Positions 46,855 to 54,902 of a stretch of 64,000 nt of DNA are shown here, one piece after another. Under the pieces are notes generated by a model, which was given only the letters and a program-made list of their open reading frames with translations, did no database searches and was not told where the DNA came from. The stretch covers positions 1-64,000 of IMG/VR virus record IMGVR_UViG_3300017700_000784, one strand, 5' to 3'. Source of the stretch: a virus (taxonomy: Duplodnaviria; Heunggongvirae; Uroviricota; Caudoviricetes). The stretch's first letter is position 1. Every line of letters begins with the position of its first letter. The position numbers and the translations under genes are program-made.

Positions 46855-47874
46855 ATGAGTTCATTAACAATGATTGATAAACATCAGTCTTTAAAAAGAA
46901 ACAGTAGTATTACTATCAGACCTTTTCTGGATAATTCAGATACAAATATGGGTCTTGAAAAATACAGTATGGTATTATTTGAGAACATCTTTCATGAAGA
47001 GCCTATTATATGCTTGGAGAATAATGGAATCAAAAGATATATTACAGGATTAAATGAATTTGCTCCTGAGGTTAAAAATCTTCCGACTGAAGAAAGAGAA
47101 GCAGCTATCAAAAATATTAGAGCTACAGTAGCTCAGCTTGAGAAAGAACTTGCTTCTAATGTGTTAGATGTTAATGACCCAGATTTTTGGAGTAAAGTAA
47201 AACTATTAAAGCCTGATAATGATCAGTTCTGGGATAGGATTACACTTAGATACAGTAATGAACCTGTATACTTAGAACCAGCTACAGATCCTTATGACCT
47301 TATTAAGTTCATAGCTATTGAAAACAGAGGTTTTAGTATGGTAGCAGGATCACTTGAAATGGCCAGAAAAGAGGCTCCTAAATATAAGTTTTACTTAGAT
47401 AGATTTGAAGAAACAGCTTCTATCAAAACTGAAGTTAAAAAACTTAGAAATAAAGCAGGTGCTGAGTTACAGAAGTTGTTTGATAAGAATCAAAACAAAC
47501 TTTTATATGTATGTAAGGTTATTGATCCTAACTCTACTCAGTACAAGAAAAGCACTCCTATGGATGTTATGTATGAGAACATGGACAAATATATAGCAGG
47601 AGAAACTGTAGATAAGGATAAAAAACTTACAGCACAGAAATTCCTGGATGTAGCAAATCTTGACATGGAAACATTAAAATTGAGAGCTATTATAAAAGAT
47701 TCAAGCTTTTACAAAATTATAGCTACAAGAGGAGATGGGAATATATATCACATGAAGAGTGGTTCTTCATTAGGTAAGAATCCTTCAGATATCTTGTTAT
47801 ACTTAAAAAATCCTTTGAATGAAGAGATTCTTTTAGATATGACTACAGGAGTAGAACAATATTGGAATATGTAA
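46855..47874 (+). CDS. hypothetical (structural?) protein
   Basis: The track ORF starts at TTG 46771, inside the stem-loop region. The first ATG, 46855 (MSSLTMIDK...), is preferred. Confidence 0.5.
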   Translation: MSSLTMIDKHQSLKRNSSITIRPFLDNSDTNMGLEKYSMVLFENIFHEEPIICLENNGIKRYITGLNEFAPEVKNLPTEEREAAIKNIRATVAQLEKELASNVLDVNDPDFWSKVKLLKPDNDQFWDRITLRYSNEPVYLEPATDPYDLIKFIAIENRGFSMVAGSLEMARKEAPKYKFYLDRFEETASIKTEVKKLRNKAGAELQKLFDKNQNKLLYVCKVIDPNSTQYKKSTPMDVMYENMDKYIAGETVDKDKKLTAQKFLDVANLDMETLKLRAIIKDSSFYKIIATRGDGNIYHMKSGSSLGKNPSDILLYLKNPLNEEILLDMTTGVEQYWNM

Positions 47875-47885
47875 AAAGTAAAGTC

Positions 47886-47999
47886 ATGTCATTCAATAAG
47901 AAACAATTAGGAAAGGATGGAAACTATGCCAAGAAACCTGTTATTATCCCTAAACCGGTAATACCAGTGGTAAAGAAAAATCCAGGTAAAAAAACATAA
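47886..47999 (+). CDS. small basic protein (37 aa)
   Basis: Manual translation MSFNKKQLGKDGNYAKKPVIIPKPVIPVVKKNPGKKT. Confidence 0.25.
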   Translation: MSFNKKQLGKDGNYAKKPVIIPKPVIPVVKKNPGKKT

Positions 48000-48002
48000 G
48001 AT

Positions 48003-48716
48003 ATGACTAATGCTTTATTACAGATAAAGATTAAAGAGCGCCTTAACAAATTAGCTTCTTTTGATTATGACAACATAGAATGTTGGCAGATTATGGAAGC
48101 TTTTAACAAAGGACAGCTTGAATGGGTACGCAGACAGGTACATGGTGCCAACATGTTTAAGGAAGGAGATGAATCATCTAAGATGAATATAGATGATCTT
48201 CAGATACTCCAGGCTAATACAATAGCCAATCCTATAACCATCACTAAAAAAGATGGTTATTATGAAACAAGTTTATTCCCGGCAGAGTATTTATACTATA
48301 AAAGGATAAGTGTTAAATCAGTAGCAACCTGCTGTCCAAGTCCAAGAAGAATGATTGTATATCTTTCTGAAGTAGCTGATGTAGATAATCTCTTAACAGA
48401 TAAATTTAAGAGTCCTAGTGCCAGATGGGGTGAAACCTTTGGAACTATATCTGCAAACAGAATGAATATATATACTAATAATGAGTTTGATTTAACTCAA
48501 CCGGTTTTGTATTATTATAGAAAACCAAGAGAAGTTCTGATTGAAAACTGTACTAATCCTTCAACAGGAGCAGTAATTACAACAGAACAGACTTGTGAGT
48601 TTAAGGATGATATTACAGAAATTCTTATAGATGAAGCTTGTGCTATACTCGCAGGAGATATAGAATCAACACTTCAATATCAAAGAAATAAAGATAATTC
48701 AAATATCAATACTTAA
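48003..48716 (+). CDS. hypothetical structural protein
   Basis: 237-aa ORF. Confidence 0.5.
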   Translation: MTNALLQIKIKERLNKLASFDYDNIECWQIMEAFNKGQLEWVRRQVHGANMFKEGDESSKMNIDDLQILQANTIANPITITKKDGYYETSLFPAEYLYYKRISVKSVATCCPSPRRMIVYLSEVADVDNLLTDKFKSPSARWGETFGTISANRMNIYTNNEFDLTQPVLYYYRKPREVLIENCTNPSTGAVITTEQTCEFKDDITEILIDEACAILAGDIESTLQYQRNKDNSNINT

Positions 48717-49129
48717 TGGAACCTTTTAGACTCAAAAGAAAAGATGATCCTGTAGATAAACAGACAGCAAACTGTGTAGTTGAAGTTATGAATGCTGCTG
48801 TAAGTTTTCATCAAATTCATCTTAAAATAACAGGAGTAGGTTCATTTGCTGCACATAAAGCATTGAATGAATTATATGATGCTTTACCAGGACATGCTGA
48901 TGATTTAGCAGAAGGGTATCAAGGTGCATCAGAAAAATTATTACAGTATGAAAATTCTTCACCTAGAAGTTTGAATTCTATAGAAGAATCTTTATCTTAT
49001 ATAAGAGATATTTATCAGATGGTTAACACTTTACAAGCAGTAATGCCTTATAGTGAAATAGTAAATGATTTAGATACTCTAAAAAGCACATTGAATAGTA
49101 TAAAATATAAATTACTATTCTTAAAATAA
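48716..49129 (+). CDS. hypothetical protein
   Basis: 137-aa ORF with ATGA overlap. Confidence 0.5.
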   Translation: MEPFRLKRKDDPVDKQTANCVVEVMNAAVSFHQIHLKITGVGSFAAHKALNELYDALPGHADDLAEGYQGASEKLLQYENSSPRSLNSIEESLSYIRDIYQMVNTLQAVMPYSEIVNDLDTLKSTLNSIKYKLLFLK

Positions 49130-49160
49130 AAAATTCTTTTAACTTAAATATTTTTATAAA

Positions 49161-50774
49161 ATGGCGTATTTTCCACATGCATTCCAGAAGATGATGGTAG
49201 CAAACAGTTTTGTCACTGCTGCAGGAACAGCTAGTTCAGCTTTGACAGCTGGGCAGTTGGCAATCATCGATGCTGCCACTAACAACTCAGTTGTTATGTC
49301 TGGCGCAATCACTTATCAAACTACACCTCTAGTTTATCTAGCACAGGGTAGTTTCCACACCACAGATAAATTAGGCCCCTATCATGGAGGTTATAAAGAG
49401 TCTGTAAAGTCTAAAGGTATTAATCCTAAGTACATTAGTGCATTTACTGTATCTGAACCTGCAAATCCTGTACAGGATATTGTTCAAGTTCAAGCTACTG
49501 TTGGTTGTGCTGTTGCTTGTAATACTACCTATGAACTAAGAGTTGATGTTAAAGGCTCTCCAGCCCTACGTTTTTTAACACACAATGCTTACTACACTGT
49601 TGATGCTTTTACAGGATGCTGTGATGCAAGTAATAACAATGTAGATCCTAACATTGTATTGTTACAATGGGCAGACAGATTGACTTATCCTACTGTAAGT
49701 CCTTTTATTCAGGCTAAAGTTTGGAACAGAGTATTAGTTGCTGGTGTAGCTGCAACAGCTACTGCTACAGCTGCTACTTCTTTAACTATGACGGATAGAA
49801 CAGGTATTCTTGCTGGTGACAGAGTGGTATTTACACCATCTACTGCAACTACTGCAACTGGTTCAACTATTGCTGGTAATACTTTTACTGTAGGTACTGC
49901 TACTAACACTATTTTCTCTGTAGGACAAGTTCTTACTGGAACAGGAGTAGCTGCAGGTACAACTATTGTATCTCGTGTTTCTGGAGGTGGTGGTACAGGT
50001 TCTGTATTCCTTGTAAATCAAGCACAGACTGTAGCTTCAACTGCTATATCTTCTGCTAGTCCAGTAACAGCTTATGTTAGTTCTGCTCATGTAGCTGCAA
50101 CAGGTGCTGGAACTGTAGCTTTAGTTGCTGCTGATACACTTTATACTACAAGTGCTACAGCTATTAGTGCTGTAACCACTGCTGCTTTAACTGCAGTTAA
50201 GATTTATAATTCTATTGCTTTAGCTACTTATACACCTTTAACAGGTGCTTCTTTACCTGACACTGTAGATTCATTCTTGGAAATTGTAGGAGCTTATGTA
50301 GACACTACTTTTGGTGACTGCTCTTTCTCTCCTATTGACCATGTAGAATACCAACCGGTTGATATTTATGCTTCTGTGTTTATTTTGGACCCACTTGGTA
50401 ATCAATGTTTGACTACTTGTTTTGTACCTACTGAAGTACAGAATTCATTCCAAGGTAGAGGATTTGGTGAAACTCTTTTAAGAGAATTAATCTTATCTGA
50501 AAGCTATAGACAAGAATACTGGCATCAAGATGTAAGAACAAGAGAAATCTTGGATTACAATCCTTTAGGACAAGTAACAAGAGGTAGTAAATATTATATC
50601 TACAACCTATTGCATAGTGTTCCACGTAAAAGCAATCCTTCAGGTACCATGGACAATGACCAGTACTTAATCAGAATTGTTGCTACTGCAAGAAATACTA
50701 ATTTTGAGACTGCTATCAACACTTTGTTGACTACTGCTGGTAATTATGATACAACTTTAAAACTGTTACCATAA
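49161..50774 (+). CDS. Thr/Ala/Gly-rich structural protein
   Basis: 537 aa with a central low-complexity segment 'VAGVAATATATAATSLT...TATTATGSTIAGNTFTVGTATNT...SGGGGTGS'. Followed by a strong terminator. Confidence 0.5.
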   Translation: MAYFPHAFQKMMVANSFVTAAGTASSALTAGQLAIIDAATNNSVVMSGAITYQTTPLVYLAQGSFHTTDKLGPYHGGYKESVKSKGINPKYISAFTVSEPANPVQDIVQVQATVGCAVACNTTYELRVDVKGSPALRFLTHNAYYTVDAFTGCCDASNNNVDPNIVLLQWADRLTYPTVSPFIQAKVWNRVLVAGVAATATATAATSLTMTDRTGILAGDRVVFTPSTATTATGSTIAGNTFTVGTATNTIFSVGQVLTGTGVAAGTTIVSRVSGGGGTGSVFLVNQAQTVASTAISSASPVTAYVSSAHVAATGAGTVALVAADTLYTTSATAISAVTTAALTAVKIYNSIALATYTPLTGASLPDTVDSFLEIVGAYVDTTFGDCSFSPIDHVEYQPVDIYASVFILDPLGNQCLTTCFVPTEVQNSFQGRGFGETLLRELILSESYRQEYWHQDVRTREILDYNPLGQVTRGSKYYIYNLLHSVPRKSNPSGTMDNDQYLIRIVATARNTNFETAINTLLTTAGNYDTTLKLLP

Positions 50775-50795
50775 TACTTTATTGATAATTCATTT

Positions 50796-50832
50796 AGAGG
50801 GAAGATTAAAAGTCTTCCCTCTTTTTGTTTTG
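50796..50832 (+). terminator. rho-independent terminator
   Basis: AGAGGGAAGA-ttaaaag-TCTTCCCTCT followed by TTTTGTTTTG. Confidence 0.65.
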
Positions 50833-50884
50833 TCTAATATTTTTTGTAAATTCTTATTGTAATGTAGTAACACTATTTTTTATT

Positions 50885-51448
50885 ATGGCTATTAGACATA
50901 TACTTGCCTTAGACATTCCTGATACAGCTTGTGAAAATATCCTGAGAATTTGGGATGCTTCTGTATATGGGGAAGGTTTAGATATAGACTGTCCAAGATT
51001 AGATATATATCTTCCTGGATTTTCCTTACCAATTTATTATACAGAAGATGATGGTTTAGCTCCAGGCTTTACACTTAATCTTTCTACAACTGATTTAGGA
51101 ATAACTGCTGCAAATACAGATCCTAGCACTTTTCCTGATGGATTATATAGAATAAGATACAGTGTGTCTCCTAATGAGACAGTATATGTAGAATATTATC
51201 ATCTTAGGGTTACACACCTTATGAATGCATATTATAAAGAAGTATGTAAAATACAACTACAAGCTTGTGAACCTACAGCTGAACAGCACCAAAGAATGCA
51301 TGATTTGCGTTATATCAAAATGTACATAGAAGCAGCTAAGAGTAAGGCAGAAAATTGTCATGCTCCAACACAGGCTATGGAGATGTACCAATATGCTGAA
51401 AAGTTGTTAGGTAAATATCTTACAGGTAGTTGTCTAACATGTAAATAA
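50885..51448 (+). CDS. hypothetical structural protein
   Basis: The track ORF starts at TTG 50825, inside the terminator T-tract. The first ATG, 50885 (MAIRHILALD...), is preferred. Confidence 0.5.
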   Translation: MAIRHILALDIPDTACENILRIWDASVYGEGLDIDCPRLDIYLPGFSLPIYYTEDDGLAPGFTLNLSTTDLGITAANTDPSTFPDGLYRIRYSVSPNETVYVEYYHLRVTHLMNAYYKEVCKIQLQACEPTAEQHQRMHDLRYIKMYIEAAKSKAENCHAPTQAMEMYQYAEKLLGKYLTGSCLTCK

Positions 51449-51470
51449 TAACCAATAAATATTAAAACCA

Positions 51471-51614
51471 ATGGCTCAATGTAACAACTGTCATGCACAA
51501 TTAGGTTGTGGATGTCAAATTAGAACAGCATCTAATGGTGCAAGTGTGTGTGCAAATTGTATAGATGCTTATGAAAGAAATTTAAAAGCCTCTAAAGCTA
51601 AAGCAAATAAATAA
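51471..51614 (+). CDS. small Cys-rich protein (47 aa)
   Basis: Manual translation MAQCNNCHAQLGCGCQIRTASNGASVCANCIDAYERNLKASKAKANK (CxxC ... CxC ... CxxC). Confidence 0.3.
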   Translation: MAQCNNCHAQLGCGCQIRTASNGASVCANCIDAYERNLKASKAKANK

Positions 51615-51838
51615 TGACTGCTGATCTACACATAAATATTATATTTTCAGAAACTGTATATTCTATATACAAGAATAAGCGCTATGGGATGAAGACCTGT
51701 TCTGCTATTATTGATGTAGAATTAGCAGATGATCTTATGCAATTACATAAGAGACTTACAGAGATGGAAAATTGTGGATGTGTAATACCTGGATGTTGTA
51801 CTCTAAGTAAAGTAGAGGAAAGAATTAATACTATATAA
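51614..51838 (+). CDS. small Cys-containing protein
   Basis: 74 aa ending 'MENCGCVIPGCCTLSKVEERINTI'. Confidence 0.4.
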   Translation: MTADLHINIIFSETVYSIYKNKRYGMKTCSAIIDVELADDLMQLHKRLTEMENCGCVIPGCCTLSKVEERINTI

Positions 51839-51841
51839 ACC

Positions 51842-53431
51842 ATGAGTACTCCTTTAAATAATCCTGAATCTAATAGGAATCACTGTTCAAAAATTTCTTC
51901 TGCTTGTGTAATATGGCAGGGACCAGATATATCTTGTATTAATCTTCAGAATGGAGATGCTATTGATACAGTAGTATTTAAGTTAGCTACTTTATTGTGT
52001 GAAACTACAGAGAATGTACTTGATGTTACTACTTTAGATTTTGCATGCTTAGTAGGGGATGATCCTAATCCAGCTACACTACTTGCTACATTACAAGCTA
52101 TTATTAATAAAGTATGTAGTATTGATACCACTCCTACAGATTCTGTATCTGCTAGAGGAGGTGATAGCAATATTATCGTTGCTTTACCAACTTGTCTTTA
52201 TTTTACAAATGATGAGGGAGACACAGTTACTTCTTTATTATTACCAGATTATGCAGCTTATCTTGCACAAGTTATTTGTACTATTATTAGTGATATTACA
52301 GCTCTTCAGTCAAATAATAATAACCTTACTAAAAGAATAGGCACTCTTGAATCTCAGGTTGCTAATCTTACAAATTATACTTATTCTATTTATGTAACTT
52401 CACAATGTGCAAGTTCTGAAACTCCTGGTGAAAATATACTTATAGAAGAAGCCTTTTCAAATCTTGAGTCTACAGTATGTAGTTTAATGAGTACAGTAGG
52501 TATTTCAAATATGCTTATAGCTGCTATTAACAAACAGTGTCCAGGATTAAATTCTGTACCTCAACTTAGTAATCCTCCAGATTTAATGAAGGATTTATCC
52601 GGATGGGTAGAAGGGCCAACAAATGTAGCAGATACTATAGGTAATTTATGGCTTACTGTATGTGATATGAGAACTAAGTTAACTACTTTTTTCAATACTC
52701 CAATACCTGATCCTTGTATTATAGCATCTCCTGAAAATCTTGAAATATTAACTATTGCAACTTCTTATGCTACTGTAACATGGGAACCTTCCTCTTTACC
52801 AGATATAGAAGCTAATATAGGATATAGAATTGAAGTATTTGAATGGACAGGTTCTGCTCCTACAGGGCCTTCTTTATGGTCAGCTACTGTAGATAGTGCT
52901 ACAACTAGTTTAAATATAGGAGATCCTGGTATAGTTGTAGCTCAGGATTATGTAGTGTTTATATATGCTATTTATTCTTGTGGTGAATCTACACCGGCTA
53001 AGATTGTATCAGAGTTACTTGTACCAACTGTTGTATTTAATATTGAAGTTAGTGAAACTACAGATACTCCAGGTACAAGAGACTGTCTTGAAAGTGGGAT
53101 ACCTGTAACATATGCTGTTGTAAACAAAACAACAACAGTAACACTTATTAATGTTATTTCAGGATTACCTGTTATAAATGCTTATGCTTATAATATAGAT
53201 GTAATTTTAAGATATGAAATTACCAGTTGTTATACATTTACTCCTTCTTATGAAGATGTGACTTTTTCAATTCTTCCTGGAGCAAGTAGTGCTTCTGTTA
53301 GTTATGAAGCAGAATCTTATGTAAATTGTGATACAGCATTTTGTACTACACTTAATAAAGATATCAGTTGTGGAGTATCTATATCAGATATGAACACAGA
53401 ATTTGATGGAATTACTATAACCATTTGTTAA
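51842..53431 (+). CDS. tail fibre / baseplate-associated protein (coiled coil + FN3-like)
   Basis: Carries the shared N-terminal module 'ACVIWQGPDISCINLQNGDAID'. Also a heptad region 'ITALQSNNNNLTKRIGTLESQVANLTN' and an FN3-like 'LTIATSYATVTWEPSSLPDIEANIGYRIEV'. Confidence 0.5.
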   Translation: MSTPLNNPESNRNHCSKISSACVIWQGPDISCINLQNGDAIDTVVFKLATLLCETTENVLDVTTLDFACLVGDDPNPATLLATLQAIINKVCSIDTTPTDSVSARGGDSNIIVALPTCLYFTNDEGDTVTSLLLPDYAAYLAQVICTIISDITALQSNNNNLTKRIGTLESQVANLTNYTYSIYVTSQCASSETPGENILIEEAFSNLESTVCSLMSTVGISNMLIAAINKQCPGLNSVPQLSNPPDLMKDLSGWVEGPTNVADTIGNLWLTVCDMRTKLTTFFNTPIPDPCIIASPENLEILTIATSYATVTWEPSSLPDIEANIGYRIEVFEWTGSAPTGPSLWSATVDSATTSLNIGDPGIVVAQDYVVFIYAIYSCGESTPAKIVSELLVPTVVFNIEVSETTDTPGTRDCLESGIPVTYAVVNKTTTVTLINVISGLPVINAYAYNIDVILRYEITSCYTFTPSYEDVTFSILPGASSASVSYEAESYVNCDTAFCTTLNKDISCGVSISDMNTEFDGITITIC

Positions 53432-53452
53432 AAAAATAAAAAAATATAAGAT

Positions 53453-54247
53453 ATGTCTTGTCCTAATGAAACTTGTAATCCTGGTTGTGGTTGTGTTAAC
53501 TGCTGTCCTCCACCAGTGCCTCCAACACCACCAACTCCACCTGACTGTGAAGGAACAGATTGTGAAGAGTTATATGATGGCGCCTGTGTAAATTATACAG
53601 GACCTGCTATAACTTGTTTTGGTATTACTACAAATATGAGTTTAAATGCAATAGTTCAGACTATGGCACAAACTTTATGTAATTGTGCTCAAACAGGAGC
53701 AACATGTCTTAATCCTTTAAAAGTACTTGTGCAGAGAAGTTTGGCTATATATCAGTCTATGATTAATGTCACACCTGATGTTATTACTTATAGTGCTCTT
53801 ATTATAGATATTCTTGATGCAGGTCTTATATTTAAAAAATGTAATTACTGTTGTCCTGATAATGTTGCTTATGGATTATTTTTTGATACAGATGATTATG
53901 GTCCTTTCTTAGAAACCATAGAAACAATAAATATACAAGACCCTGTTACAAATCCTTGTTTAAATTGTGCTGAAGGTTTTACCACATGTAGTGCAGAATT
54001 TTTTACTAATGCTGAAGTAACTGCTTATCCTATTATAGAATTTGGAGGATTTAATACTGCTTCTGGATTATGTGCTTTAGTATCAGAATTTGAAGGACAT
54101 CCTGCTGAATTACTTGCTGAATTTATAACAGGTATATCAGATGAGGGTCTTATAGTAGCATGTGATACTGAAAAAGGAGATGTCTTTATAGGTAATAATA
54201 GATCTTATAGTGTATATGTAGAAACTTTAGGTTTAGCTAAACTTTAA
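53453..54247 (+). CDS. Cys-rich tail-associated protein
   Basis: 'CNPGCGCVNCCPPPVPPTPPTPPDCEGTDCEE' then the shared module 'ACVNYTGPAITCFGITTNMSLNAIV'. Confidence 0.5.
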   Translation: MSCPNETCNPGCGCVNCCPPPVPPTPPTPPDCEGTDCEELYDGACVNYTGPAITCFGITTNMSLNAIVQTMAQTLCNCAQTGATCLNPLKVLVQRSLAIYQSMINVTPDVITYSALIIDILDAGLIFKKCNYCCPDNVAYGLFFDTDDYGPFLETIETINIQDPVTNPCLNCAEGFTTCSAEFFTNAEVTAYPIIEFGGFNTASGLCALVSEFEGHPAELLAEFITGISDEGLIVACDTEKGDVFIGNNRSYSVYVETLGLAKL

Positions 54248-54262
54248 AATAAAAATAAAATC

Positions 54263-54883
54263 ATGGCGTGTCTTAAAAACCCTTTAATAGAATACATAAA
54301 ATATATTGTAGCTCTTTATGATGCTGATCCAGATGCTTATCCTGGTGGATTAGCAGAAACTTTTACTGATAATTCTAGTTATGAATTTCAGTCAAGTAGT
54401 AATTCTGAGTATTGTTGTCCTACTTGTGGAGGAGATTATGCTGGAGGAGGGTATTATCTTACCTTTAATCCAGCAATAGCAACTCCTCTTATAATTGATG
54501 ATCTTACAGGATGTTGTATAAATTATGATGCTGTAAATATTACTTCACCAGATTTTTTAGAGTTTATAGAAGCTGCTCATGGTTTAACTATGATTAATTG
54601 TTGTAATACTTTTCAAACCTGTGTACAGAATTTTAGAAATTTATTTCAAGATTCTTACTTTTCAGTAGATGGAGTCGTGTCTGATATAACTATAATAGAA
54701 CTAACACTTATTGATGATAGTAGTGTTATATGTGACTTATATGATTATTTAATTAATAATAATTTATCAGCTTCTCATTTATATGATATTTTTGATACTA
54801 TCTATACTACAGGTGGCTTTAGTGTTCAGTGTGAATATTTAGCAGGTCCTACACCTTTTAAGACTACTGTAGCCTTATTATAA
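54263..54883 (+). CDS. Cys-rich tail-associated protein
   Basis: CC doublets: 'EYCCPTCGG', 'TGCCINYD' and 'INCCNTFQTC'. Confidence 0.45.
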   Translation: MACLKNPLIEYIKYIVALYDADPDAYPGGLAETFTDNSSYEFQSSSNSEYCCPTCGGDYAGGGYYLTFNPAIATPLIIDDLTGCCINYDAVNITSPDFLEFIEAAHGLTMINCCNTFQTCVQNFRNLFQDSYFSVDGVVSDITIIELTLIDDSSVICDLYDYLINNNLSASHLYDIFDTIYTTGGFSVQCEYLAGPTPFKTTVALL

Positions 54884-54902
54884 ACCTTTTTAAACCAAGT
54901 AT